Source: an uncultured Clostridia bacterium
GTDB lineage: Bacteria > Bacillota > Clostridia > Christensenellales > Borkfalkiaceae
Length of the DNA stretch: 64,000 nt
Direction: 5' to 3'
NCBI GenBank assembly: GCA_944330115.1
Contig: CALVIN010000005.1
Span: forward strand, 41,542-105,541
In this document: positions 54,355-63,551 of the stretch, piece after piece
How positions within the stretch are numbered: the stretch's first letter is position 1
Layout: each line of letters opens with the position of its first letter
Notes under the pieces: generated by a model
Database searches by the model: none
What the model was told of the DNA's origin: nothing
Seen by the model: the letters and a program-made list of their open reading frames with translations, nothing else
Program-made: the position numbers and the translations under genes

Positions 54355-54897
54355 TTAAGCTTCGGGGGCGTCGATCTTTCTTATCTGGATATACTCGACC
54401 TCTACGTCGGTGTTCCTGCCGAAGAGCTCTACGTTTACGAGCGCCTTCTGGGAGGTATCGTTGAGCTCCTTTATGGTGCCCTCGAAGCCCTCGAGAGGGC
54501 CTGCGTCGATGCTCACCCTGTCGCCCACGGCGAAGTTTGCGTCTACCGCCACCTCTTCGAGGCGCATCTTGCGTATCTCGGCCTCCTTCATGGGAATGGG
54601 CCTGCCCTGCGGGCCGACGAAGCCGGTGACGCCGCGGGTGTTGGTCACCCAATACCAGAGCTGGTTGGAGTATATCATCTTTATGAAGACATAGCAAGGC
54701 AGCAGCTTGCGCTCAACGACTTTGCGCTTGCCGTTCCTCTCCTCTATGGTGGTCTCCGTGGGGATCTTCACGTCGAAGATCTGCGTCTGGAGATTGTTGT
54801 TTTCGATTAGCCTTTCGAGGCTGTCCTTCACCATCGATTCGTAGCCCGAATAGGTATGAAGGATATACCAGCAAGGCTGCTGAGCGGTATTCTCCAT
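54355..54897 (-). CDS. nusG: Transcription termination/antitermination factor NusG
   Basis: WYILHTYSGYESMVKDSL...GFVG...KOW-type C-terminus. Confidence 0.95.
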   Translation of the reverse strand: MENTAQQPCWYILHTYSGYESMVKDSLERLIENNNLQTQIFDVKIPTETTIEERNGKRKVVERKLLPCYVFIKMIYSNQLWYWVTNTRGVTGFVGPQGRPIPMKEAEIRKMRLEEVAVDANFAVGDRVSIDAGPLEGFEGTIKELNDTSQKALVNVELFGRNTDVEVEYIQIRKIDAPEA

Positions 54898-54903
54898 AGC
54901 CGT

Positions 54904-55137
54904 TTATGCTCCGATGCTTGTGATGAGATCGAGAAGTGCCTGAAGGCCGAAGTTTATAGCCGTAACTACCACAAGGAACACGATAACTACCGCGAGCACG
55001 ACGCCCGTGGACTTTAATACCTTGGGGAAAGTGGGCCAGGTGACCCTTTTGAGTTCGGAAAAGGTTTCCTTGAGTTTTCTGCCCATGCGAACGAAAATGT
55101 TGGGCTTTTTGATATCGTCTTTGTTGGATGCCGCCAT
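54904..55137 (-). CDS. secE: Preprotein translocase subunit SecE
   Basis: FSELKRVTWPTFPKVLKSTGVVLAVVIVFLVVV. Confidence 0.85.
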   Translation of the reverse strand: MAASNKDDIKKPNIFVRMGRKLKETFSELKRVTWPTFPKVLKSTGVVLAVVIVFLVVVTAINFGLQALLDLITSIGA

Positions 55138-55235
55138 AAAATTAACCTCGTAAAAGCGCGCTTTAAGCGCGCCGTTGTGCGCGGCTTTTTGCGCCGCGCA
55201 GCGCCGTAGCTCTGTTTAAGCCTGCTTTGCCGACC

Positions 55236-55400
55236 TTACTTGGTCTCCTTGTGTTCGGTGTGCTTTTTGCAGAAAGGGCAGTATTTGGAGATGGTAAGCC
55301 TGTCGGGATCGTTGCGCTTATTCTTGAAACTGTCGTAATTCCTGTGCTTGCATTCGGTGCACTCGAAGGTTATTTTGGCTCTTACTGATGCCTTCTTCAT
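55236..55400 (-). CDS. rpmG: 50S ribosomal protein L33
   Basis: Own translation (below the track cutoff): [54 protein letters not shown]. Confidence 0.85.
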   Translation of the reverse strand: MKKASVRAKITFECTECKHRNYDSFKNKRNDPDRLTISKYCPFCKKHTEHKETK

Positions 55401-55452
55401 TGTAGAAAAACTCCGTACAAAAAAATTACACCCCTCTTGAGGATGTGCAGAA

Positions 55453-55481
55453 ATTTTAGCACATTATGGGGGCGCTGTCAA
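55453..55481 (-). promoter_or_regulatory. Putative promoter of rpmG-secE-nusG
   Basis: Minus strand: TTGACA (55481-55476), 17 nt, TAAAAT (55458-55453). Confidence 0.55.
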
Positions 55482-55617
55482 TCAAAAAATACGGTTTTAA
55501 AAAAATTTAAACTTTTTTTGGGCGCTTTTATTATATAATAGTAAAGCGCGCACAGGCAGACACAATATATTGTATGTGCCCGCCTGCACACCACAGCCCG
55601 CAAAGGGGCCTTTGAAC

Positions 55618-56157
55618 TTACTTTTCGTATACCGAGCGCGAAAGCATGCCTATGTAGGGCAGGTTGCGATACATATTGGCATAGTCGAGCCCGTAGCCCA
55701 CCACAAATTCGTCGGGAATATCGAAGCCGACGTAGTCGGCGTCTATCTCGGCCTGCCTGCGCGAGGGTTTGTTGAGTATGCAGCACGTCTTTACCGAGAG
55801 GGCGCCGTCAGCAAGCAGCCTCTCCTTTACCGCCTTTAAGGTGTGGCCGGTATCGATTATGTCCTCGGCGATGAGTATGTGCCTGCCCTTTGCGCTGAAC
55901 CCGCGCGAGATGGATATTTTAACTTCGCCCTGGGGCGTGGTGGAATCTTTATACGACGACGCCTCGATAAACGAGAGCGTGAGCGGAAGTTTTATCTCCC
56001 TTATGAGGTCGGCGCAGAAGATGGCGCCGCCGCGCAAAACTCCCAGCACGGTGAGGGGCATGCCCTCGTATTCGCGGGTGATGACCTCGCCCAGCTCCTT
56101 TACCCTGGCCTTTATCTGTTCTTCGGTGAAGAGTACTCTCTCTATTGCTTCGTTCAT
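55618..56157 (-). CDS. hpt: Hypoxanthine phosphoribosyltransferase
   Basis: VLGVLRGGAIF...ILIAEDIIDTGHTL...GYGLDY. The start is ATG 56157. Confidence 0.9.
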   Translation of the reverse strand: MNEAIERVLFTEEQIKARVKELGEVITREYEGMPLTVLGVLRGGAIFCADLIREIKLPLTLSFIEASSYKDSTTPQGEVKISISRGFSAKGRHILIAEDIIDTGHTLKAVKERLLADGALSVKTCCILNKPSRRQAEIDADYVGFDIPDEFVVGYGLDYANMYRNLPYIGMLSRSVYEK

Positions 56158-56295
56158 TTTTTCCCTCGTATTTTTTGATTTTATCCTCTGCCTCTGCACA
56201 TTTCCGTTTTAAAGAGTACGCGGCGGCGGGCGCGTTGCATGCGCCCGCCGCCGCGTTTTGTACCAAAACGGTATAGCGCTCTATGTGAGGCAAAT

Positions 56296-56739
56296 TCAGT
56301 TGAGTTTATCCTCGCCGCTCACCGAAAAGGCGTATACGTCCCTGTCTTCGGGGAAGATGGGGCCGCTTATTACGGGAAGATTTAAGGGTGCGACGTATGC
56401 CGACGCCGTGAGGTTGGTGACAGCCGCGCGAAGATAGGGGAAGAGCAGCTTGGTGCCCTCTATTACGAACTCCCGCTCCTGCTCGCTGCCGGTGGCGACG
56501 TCCTCCACCTCGAAGGTGCCCACGAGAGTTACGTGGATATCGAAGGGCTTGGGCTCGGCTTCGGTGCTCTCCACCTTCATGGAGAGGGCGATAAAGTTGA
56601 GCTTATCGTTGTCCTTGACCTTTCTCACCTGGCGGGAGAACTGGGGTTTGATGTCTAAACGGGCATTGGGTTCAAGCCTTACCCTGTTCATTTTGAAGGA
56701 AAGTTCCTCGGCGCCTACGCCTCTGAAATTAATTTTCAT
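56296..56739 (-). CDS. SecB-like chaperone-family protein (tentative)
   Basis: 147 aa. The beta-rich N-half and LLFPYLRAAVTNLTASAYVAPLNLPVI resemble SecB-fold proteins. This is a motif-level call only. Confidence 0.4.
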   Translation of the reverse strand: MKINFRGVGAEELSFKMNRVRLEPNARLDIKPQFSRQVRKVKDNDKLNFIALSMKVESTEAEPKPFDIHVTLVGTFEVEDVATGSEQEREFVIEGTKLLFPYLRAAVTNLTASAYVAPLNLPVISGPIFPEDRDVYAFSVSGEDKLN

Positions 56740-56967
56740 TGTAAATATCTCCTCAGATCACTAAAAGTTTTTAGGTGTTAACCACTTATATTTTAAACCA
56801 AAACGCGCAAATACCAAACAGTTTTGAGGCATAATTTTTTATTTAAGCGCAAATTTATCAAAATTTTTGGCAAAAGCGGGCAAAAGCGGAGCATAAAGGC
56901 ACAAAAAGGCGGCAAAATGCGCAAAAAAGGGCTTGATAATTGGCGGCGTTTATAATATAATAAGTCT

Positions 56968-58764
56968 GTGAAACCTGTAGATTTGGGCAGTTTACGCAAA
57001 CTGCTGTTAAAATGTGAAAAGCCTTCGCGCTATACCGGCGGAGAATACGGCGCGCCCGAGCCCGTGTGGGGCGCGGGCGGCTTCAATTTTTGCATGTGCT
57101 TCCCCGACCTGTACGAAGTGGGCATGAGCAACCTGGGCATAAAGATAGTCGCCGGCTCGTTCGAGCAGCGCGGAATGTGCGCCGACTTCTGCTTTGCGCC
57201 CGCACGCGACTTCGGCGAAGGGCTGAAAGAACTCAATGTACCCCTCTACTCGCTTGCGCTGAAGGCGCCGCTCAAAGACTTTGACATGCTCGGCTTCTCC
57301 CTTCAGTATGAGCTGAGCTACACAAACGTGCTGTATATGCTCGACCTTGCGGGCATACCTTTGACCCGCGAGGAACGGCGGGGCGGCAACTACCCGCTGA
57401 TAGCTGCGGGCGGGCCGTGCACGGCCAACCCCGAGCCGCTTGCCGACTTCTTCGACATATTCTTTATAGGCGACGGCGAGAGCGTCGACGCCGACGTGGC
57501 GCAGATCTTTGTTGAATGCGGCGGCGCAAACGATGACTTTTACGAAAGAATAGCCGCGCTCGACGGCGTATATGTGCCCGCGCTTGCCGAAGGCCCCGTA
57601 TCGGCGGCCGAAAAGGAGGGCTTTAAAGTGAAGAGGGCGCTTATAAGCGACCTCGACGGGGCGATATTCCCCACGCGCATAGCCGTGCCCAACTGCGAGA
57701 GCGTGCACGACAGGGCCGTTTTGGAGGTGATGCGCGGCTGCTACCGCGGCTGCAGGTTCTGCCAGGCGGGCTTTACATACCGCCCCGTGCGCAAGCGCTC
57801 GGTAAAGACGCTCACCGCGCAGGCGTGCGCCCTGATAGACGGCACGGGCTTCGGCGAAGTCAGCCTGAACTCGCTCTCCACGGGCGACTACGGCAGGCTG
57901 CCCGAGCTTATAGCAAGCCTTAAAGGCGCGCTGCCGCCAGAGATTACGCTGGCGCTGCCCTCGCTCAGGGTAGACAGCTTTGAGGGGCAGTTTGCGCAGG
58001 ACGCGCGCAAGACTTCGCTCACGTTTGCGCCCGAGGCGGGCACGCAGAGGCTGCGCGACGTTATAAACAAGGACATCACCGAAGAGGAGATACTGCGGGC
58101 AGCGCAGAGGGCGTTCGATGCGGGATATTCGGCCGTCAAACTGTATTTTATGATAGGCCTGCCCACAGAGACCGACGACGACCTTGCGGGCATTTGCCAT
58201 ATATGCGAGAAGATACGCGCCATATATGCCGAGGTTAAGCGTCCCAAGGCGCTGAGAATATCCGTTTCGGCGGCGACATTCGTGCCCAAGCCCTTCACCC
58301 CCTTCCAGTGGGAGCGGCAGATAGGCGAGGACGAAGTGAGGCACAAGCAGGACTACCTGATAAAGCACCTGCCCCGCGGCGTTAAGTTCAGCTGGAGCGC
58401 ATACTATCCCTCCCTTCTGGAGGCCGTGCTTGCCCGCGGCGACAGAACGCTTGGCAAGGTTATACTCTCCGCCTACAAAAAAGGCTGCACCTTCGACGGC
58501 TGGGACAACCTGTTTTGCGAGAGCGGCTGGCGCGAAGCCTTCGATGAACGGGGCATATCCCCGCACCTATTCGTGCGCGAACGCCGTGAGGACGAGGTGC
58601 TGCCGTGGGACTTTATCGACATGATGATAGACAAAAAATTCCTGCTTTCCGAGCGCAGGCGCGCCTATGACGGCAAGGTGACGGGCAGCTGCCTCACCGG
58701 CTGCCACGCCTGCGGCATGCAGAAAAGCTGCCCTGCGGCGAGGGGGGAATATGATAGCATTTAA
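56968..58764 (+). CDS. B12-binding-domain-like radical SAM protein (TIGR03960-type)
   Basis: KPSRYTGGEYG N-terminus and CYRGCRFCQAG cluster motif. GTG start. Confidence 0.8.
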   Translation: MKPVDLGSLRKLLLKCEKPSRYTGGEYGAPEPVWGAGGFNFCMCFPDLYEVGMSNLGIKIVAGSFEQRGMCADFCFAPARDFGEGLKELNVPLYSLALKAPLKDFDMLGFSLQYELSYTNVLYMLDLAGIPLTREERRGGNYPLIAAGGPCTANPEPLADFFDIFFIGDGESVDADVAQIFVECGGANDDFYERIAALDGVYVPALAEGPVSAAEKEGFKVKRALISDLDGAIFPTRIAVPNCESVHDRAVLEVMRGCYRGCRFCQAGFTYRPVRKRSVKTLTAQACALIDGTGFGEVSLNSLSTGDYGRLPELIASLKGALPPEITLALPSLRVDSFEGQFAQDARKTSLTFAPEAGTQRLRDVINKDITEEEILRAAQRAFDAGYSAVKLYFMIGLPTETDDDLAGICHICEKIRAIYAEVKRPKALRISVSAATFVPKPFTPFQWERQIGEDEVRHKQDYLIKHLPRGVKFSWSAYYPSLLEAVLARGDRTLGKVILSAYKKGCTFDGWDNLFCESGWREAFDERGISPHLFVRERREDEVLPWDFIDMMIDKKFLLSERRRAYDGKVTGSCLTGCHACGMQKSCPAARGEYDSI

Positions 58765-59338
58765 ATACACAAAGACGGACGGCGCGGAGTACATCTCCCA
58801 CCTAGACCTGCTGAGGCACATCGACCGCACGCTGCGCCGCGCAAAGATAGAGGTGAAATACAGCCAGGGCTTCCACAAGCACCCGCGCATATTCATGGGC
58901 AACCCACTTGCGCTGGGAGTGCGCTCGGTGAGCGAATACTGCACGGTGGATACCGACTTTTGCGGCGACTTCCTCCCCCTCTTCAACGAGCACTCGCCCG
59001 GCGGCATAAAGTGCCTTGCGGCGAAGGTGACGCAGACCAACCCCAACTTTGCCGAGAGCATAAAGGCCTGCCGCTACGAGGCCGAGGGCATAGCGCCCTT
59101 CGACGTGCACGAGATACAGAGCTGCGCGAGCATAGTGATAACCGATCTGCGCGGGCGCACGGTGGATATCCGCCCGAGGATATGCTCGGTTGAATGGCAG
59201 GGCGAAAAGCTGCTGTTCACCCTGTATTGCGGCGAAAAGAACCTGCGCCCCGACCTGTTCTGCAGCTACCTCTCGCAAAAATACGGCGGCGAGGCGGCGT
59301 ATATTTTAAAGACAGAGAGCTTCGGCACGATGTTTTGA
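58751..59338 (+). CDS. Radical-SAM-associated protein (DUF2344 / TIGR03936-type)
   Basis: IAFKYTKTDGAEYISHLDLLRHIDRTLRRAKI...FHKHPRI. It overlaps the upstream radical SAM gene by 14 nt. Confidence 0.8.
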   Translation: MIAFKYTKTDGAEYISHLDLLRHIDRTLRRAKIEVKYSQGFHKHPRIFMGNPLALGVRSVSEYCTVDTDFCGDFLPLFNEHSPGGIKCLAAKVTQTNPNFAESIKACRYEAEGIAPFDVHEIQSCASIVITDLRGRTVDIRPRICSVEWQGEKLLFTLYCGEKNLRPDLFCSYLSQKYGGEAAYILKTESFGTMF

Positions 59339-59434
59339 ATTTTTAAAATTTTTATTTAATAATATCAGAATTTTTTGCGCAATTTATTTTTTACGCAAAA
59401 AATTAAATAAAAAATATTTTTAATTTATTTTTAT
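59339..59434. repeat. A/T-rich tract right after the stop codon of the DUF2344 gene
   Basis: ttttaaaatttttatttaataatatcagaattttttgcgcaatttattttttacgcaaaaaattaaataaaaaatatttttaatttattttta. Confidence 0.8.
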
Positions 59435-59679
59435 CCGCGGCAAAAAACGCACTCTCTTTAATTGCTTTTTATTTTATTTTGCCGCAAAACAATACGAAAA
59501 TTGAGTAAAATACAGCCGAAACGGCTATAAAACACACAAAACGCGGCCAAAAACGGCGAGATCACACATACTGAAAAAAATAATTTAAACAGGCGCGTTT
59601 TAATATTTGATCTAACTGTATTTTAATTTTTAAAATTTTACATATACGGCGCAAAAATCTTGCGCCCGCAATAAAAAAT

Positions 59680-61146
59680 ATGGCAAAAAAAGTAATTTAT
59701 TTTGACAAATTATGCGGCTTTTCGGTGACGGCCGTCACCGAAAACAAAAGGCTGATAGACTGCCGCTTTGTGGTTGAAGACGACGGCCCCGCTGTGGGCG
59801 ATATTTACCGCGGAAAGGTTGTCAACGTGCTCGAGGGCATGCAGGCGGCGTTTGTCGACTGCGGCCTGGGGCGCAACTGCTACCTCTCCGCCGACGACCT
59901 GGCATACGGCACCGAGGGCGGCGTGAGCGCGCTGCACCCGGGCGATGAAATAATGGTGCAGATAGCCAAGCTGCCCGGCGGAAAAAAGGGCGCAAAGGTG
60001 ACGCAAAAGCTCTCTTTTGTGGGAAAGACGCTGATATATCTGCCGAATACCGACTTTGTGGGCATATCCCACCGCATAGAGGACGACGAACTGCGCGAAA
60101 GCCTGATATTTGCCGCAAAACGCGCCAAAAAGAAGAACGAGGGGCTGGTCATACGAAACTCCGCCCCCTTCTGCAAATACAATCAGATATCGGGCGAACT
60201 TGTATTTTTGCGCACGATATACGAGCGCACCGCCGAGGCATACGAGCGCGCCAAGGCGCCCGAGCGCATCTTCAGGGACTTCACCATGCCCGTGCGCGTG
60301 ATGCGCGACTTCACCGAATACGACGTTTCAAAGATAGTTACGGGCGGCGAGGAGCAGTTCCGCGAAGTTGAGGACCTGCTCAAGATAATGCCCGGCGGCA
60401 AAAAAATAAAGCTGGAGCTGTTTGCGGGCAGGCGCAACATGTTCGACGCGGCGGGCATAATCGACCAGATAGTAGCGGCGTGCTCTCCCCGCGTGGAGCT
60501 GGGCAACGGGGCCTACCTTATTATGGAGCGCACCGAGGCGCTCACCTCGATAGACGTAAACACGGGCGGCTTCACCGGCGACGACAGCCTGGAATACACC
60601 GTGTATCAGACCAACCTTGCCGCCGCGCGCGAGATAGCGCGGCAGATAAAGCTGCGCGACGCGGGCGGGCTGTTTGTTGTGGACTTTATCGACATGGAGA
60701 AGCCCGCGCACCGCAAGGCGCTGTGCGACGAGCTGGAGAAGGCGCTTAAAAACGACAGGGCGCCCTATAAGGTGCTGCCCATGTCTGACTTCGGGCTGGT
60801 GGAATTTACGCGCAAGCGTACGGCGGCGGAGCTGAGTTCCTTTGTGCTGAAGCCCTGCCCGGTATGCGGCATGGGCGAGGACTTTTCCGACGGGTTCTAT
60901 GCGCTGCTGGTGCACGCAGAGGCGCTTAAAGCGCTCGACAGGGGTGCGGCGGCCGTGAGCATAAAACTGCGCCCAGAGGCGGCGGAAGCGCCTGCAAAAA
61001 ACAAGGAGCTTGCAGAGAGCATACGCGCAAAATTCCCCGAGGCGGAAGTTTACCTCATTCCCGACAACACCAAAAAGAGCCGCGAAATATTCTCCCGCGG
61101 CGAAAAAAAGCATACGCCCGCGGAAAATGAAATAAAAATAATTTAA
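59680..61146 (+). CDS. rng: Ribonuclease E/G family (RNase G-like)
   Basis: S1 domain GDIYRGKVVNVLEGMQAAFVDCG, then IDVNTG, and a C-terminal Zn-link CPVCG. Confidence 0.85.
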   Translation: MAKKVIYFDKLCGFSVTAVTENKRLIDCRFVVEDDGPAVGDIYRGKVVNVLEGMQAAFVDCGLGRNCYLSADDLAYGTEGGVSALHPGDEIMVQIAKLPGGKKGAKVTQKLSFVGKTLIYLPNTDFVGISHRIEDDELRESLIFAAKRAKKKNEGLVIRNSAPFCKYNQISGELVFLRTIYERTAEAYERAKAPERIFRDFTMPVRVMRDFTEYDVSKIVTGGEEQFREVEDLLKIMPGGKKIKLELFAGRRNMFDAAGIIDQIVAACSPRVELGNGAYLIMERTEALTSIDVNTGGFTGDDSLEYTVYQTNLAAAREIARQIKLRDAGGLFVVDFIDMEKPAHRKALCDELEKALKNDRAPYKVLPMSDFGLVEFTRKRTAAELSSFVLKPCPVCGMGEDFSDGFYALLVHAEALKALDRGAAAVSIKLRPEAAEAPAKNKELAESIRAKFPEAEVYLIPDNTKKSREIFSRGEKKHTPAENEIKII

Positions 61147-61308
61147 AATTATTTAATTATTTTTTGCGTAATTTTATATAGCGAAAAAATATATTTATTT
61201 TTAAATTAAATAAATTGTATTAAAATTGCCGTTTTTTTTATTAAATAATTAAATAAATTGTATTTAAAAATCAAGTATTTTAATTGAATAAATTTTAACA
61301 AATAAAGC
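61135..61308. repeat. A/T-rich tract between the rng stop codon and its terminator
   Basis: About 170 bp, almost all A/T (aaataatttaaaattatttaattatttttt...aaattaaataaattgtattaaaatt...). Confidence 0.85.
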
Positions 61309-61340
61309 AGGCTGCACACACAGCCTGCTTTATTTTTAAT
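61306..61340 (+). terminator. Intrinsic terminator of rng
   Basis: AAGCAGGCTG-cacaca-CAGCCTGCTT followed by TATTTTT. Confidence 0.8.
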
Positions 61341-61388
61341 TGTATAGACAGCTTTCCGGCGCACAAAAAATGTGGCGATACAGTCATT

Positions 61389-61636
61389 TAACCCTTCCGA
61401 GGCTCACATATGTTCGCCCCCCCACCTCCCCTTCGAGGGGAGGTGGATTTGCCGAAGCGTTAGCGAGGCAAAGACGGATGGGTTTCACTTCCAAGCAAAT
61501 AATAGCGCGAGGCTGAATTTAGTTCAGCCGTTACGCGCAAAACAATATTTGCAACTCCAATTTACTGAACGGTGAAACCCCTCCGTCGCTCCTCACCGAG
61601 TTCGTCGCGCCACCTCCCGCTCAAAGGGGAGGTGAC
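61389..61636. repeat. GC-rich hairpin repeat cluster (AACCCTTCCGAGGCTC module, CCACCTCCCCTTCGAGGGGAGGTGG hairpin, degenerate inverted module, long plus-orientation module)
   Basis: 61389-61446, 61473-61489 and 61571-61636 match modules at 9860-9982, 27308-27548, 35089-35214 and 43732-43795. Confidence 0.85.
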
Positions 61637-61679
61637 CAATAAGGTGAAAATGCCGCGTTCAAAACGCACGGCATTAAAC

Positions 61680-62019
61680 TTTCAAAATAAATATCGCAAG
61701 GCGGGGTCTCAAGCAATGTAAGGGCAACATTGCTTTCGGTCACCGTTCGCACGGGACGTATGTGCTCACTCATCTCATTGCACACGAAAGGCGGGTGTCC
61801 GCCTTTCTATAAAATGTGCCGCTCGTCCCAATTTGCGCATACCTGCGCATCTGCCGTTTCCCTTCGGGAGCCTCGGCAGGGCAGCGCTTCGCTCGCGCAC
61901 CAAAGGGGGAATTGCCCCGATTATATAATATGTGAGCCCTTATAAATCGGGGCAAGAGGGAGCTGGCTCCCCAAAATTCACGAAGATTTTTCGGCGGCAC
62001 CAGCCGAAAAATCTGTGAG
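61680..62019 (+). repeat. Structured ~320-bp repeat, copy B (ends about 4 nt from the stop codon of the minus-strand gene 62023..62460)
   Basis: Collinear with 31277-31594. The 5' 120 nt are nearly identical, the central part is variable, and the 3' hairpins are conserved through compensatory changes. Confidence 0.85.
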
Positions 62020-62022
62020 CTG

Positions 62023-62460
62023 TTAAAGGTATCTCTTCAACTTCCTTTCAAAGCCCTCTTCCAAAGCTATCAGCTGCTTTAAGAGTTCAGCCACCTCGCC
62101 GTCCATTTCGCCTGCGTCCGTTTGAGTGGTTTTAAGGCTGGTTATACCCGTCATCGTGCCCTTTATCATCATCTGCGCGATGTGCTGCGAGGAATTGTCA
62201 GCGACGGTATTCATCTTTATCGCCGACCACATCATGGCCTTTTTTACGGGGTTAGGCTCCTTCACCTCCACGCCCAGCGCCTGCGCGAGCTGCGCCGCCC
62301 TGCCCGATATATGTTCATACTCCTCGTGTTCGCGCATGATCTCCTCGCGAATGCCCTCGTCCTCCACTTCGGGCAGGATATCCGATATAGATTGCAGCGC
62401 GAGCTGCGCGTTGCGGTAAATTTCGGCGAGAACCTCGCCTTCGCACTTATTCTTTTCCAT
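62023..62460 (-). CDS. Hypothetical all-helical protein
   Basis: 145 aa with predicted helical heptad-like composition (LAEIYRNAQLALQSISDILPEV...). No family recognised. Confidence 0.45.
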   Translation of the reverse strand: MEKNKCEGEVLAEIYRNAQLALQSISDILPEVEDEGIREEIMREHEEYEHISGRAAQLAQALGVEVKEPNPVKKAMMWSAIKMNTVADNSSQHIAQMMIKGTMTGITSLKTTQTDAGEMDGEVAELLKQLIALEEGFERKLKRYL

Positions 62461-62629
62461 AGGCCTCCTTTTTTATAAGTATGCCCCCGCGCGCGGCGCA
62501 TTATACGCCCCGCACTCAACGCCCACAACGCCCCGCCCTCACGCCCGCAACGCCGCCGACTGAAAAAACGTGCGCAGCAAAATTTTATACAATTATGCAC
62601 GGCAAATGGCCTTATGCCGCCGTTTTTGC

Positions 62630-62780
62630 TTGACAACGGCGCGCGCGTATGGTAAATTATTATGCGAGCCGCTCGGGACGGGCTCTTTTTTAAGTGCCAA
62701 AATTTTTTAATGGCCGCCCGCGACGCTTTTTTGCAGCGCGCAAATTCCCGGCGAGACTGGTTAGAGGAGGCATTTTTTTA
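62630..62780 (+). promoter_or_regulatory. rplU promoter and leader with an attenuator-like hairpin (L21-leader-like)
   Basis: TTGACA (62630-62635), 17 nt, TGgTAAATT. The leader hairpin GAGCC-gctcgggacg-GGCTC is followed by a T6 run about 90 nt before the rplU ATG. Confidence 0.45.
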
Positions 62781-63095
62781 ATGTACGCTATTTTTGAGAA
62801 CGGCAGCAAGCAGTACAGGGTAAGCGAAGGCGACACCGTTAAGCTTGAAAAGCTGAACGCCAACGTTGGCGACACCGTTGAGTTCCCCGTAGTTTTAGTT
62901 GCCGACGACAAGGGCATACAGGTAGGCGCAGAGGTTGCAAACACCACCGTTACCGCCACTGTAGTTGCTCAGGGCAAGGCCAAGAAGATAATCGTCTTCA
63001 AGTACAAGGCCAAGAAGAATGAACGCAAAAAGCAGGGCCACAGGCAGCCCTTCACCGAAGTTAAGGTGACGGCAATAGGCGCCAAGGCTGAGTAA
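62781..63095 (+). CDS. rplU: 50S ribosomal protein L21
   Basis: MYAIFENGSKQYRVSEGDTVKLEKL... GAGGAGG SD. The track ORF starts 29 codons upstream. Confidence 0.95.
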   Translation: MYAIFENGSKQYRVSEGDTVKLEKLNANVGDTVEFPVVLVADDKGIQVGAEVANTTVTATVVAQGKAKKIIVFKYKAKKNERKKQGHRQPFTEVKVTAIGAKAE

Positions 63096-63116
63096 GCAGA
63101 GAGGAGGCAGAATAAG

Positions 63117-63392
63117 ATGATACTTTTTAATTTATTTGCGCATAAAAAAGGTACCGGCTCCTCGCACAACGGCAGGGACAGCGAGGCTAAGAGATTGGGC
63201 GTTAAGCGCTCTGACGGACAGTTTGTGCTTGCGGGCAACATACTTGTAAGGCAGCGCGGCACCAAGTTCCACCCCGGCAATAACGTGGGCATCGGCAAGG
63301 ACGACACGCTGTTCGCACTCATCGACGGCACCGTGAAGTTCGAGCGCGTAGGCAAAGACGGCAAGCAGGTTTCCGTTTACGCCGCCGAGTAA
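63117..63392 (+). CDS. rpmA: 50S ribosomal protein L27 with an N-terminal propeptide-like extension
   Basis: [30 protein letters not shown]... The FA/HKKG junction resembles the Prp cleavage site of Firmicute L27. Confidence 0.95.
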   Translation: MILFNLFAHKKGTGSSHNGRDSEAKRLGVKRSDGQFVLAGNILVRQRGTKFHPGNNVGIGKDDTLFALIDGTVKFERVGKDGKQVSVYAAE

Positions 63393-63551
63393 AATTTTTA
63401 TACCGTAAAGGCGCGGCGCGTGCAGTTTTGCACGCGCCGCTTTACTTTTTATTATATAGTTATTTTGCCGTTTTATTATATTATTTTGCCGTTAGTTCAG
63501 CCATATTGCGGCACTAATTGAATATACCGCTATGCCGTCGCAAAATTTTAA

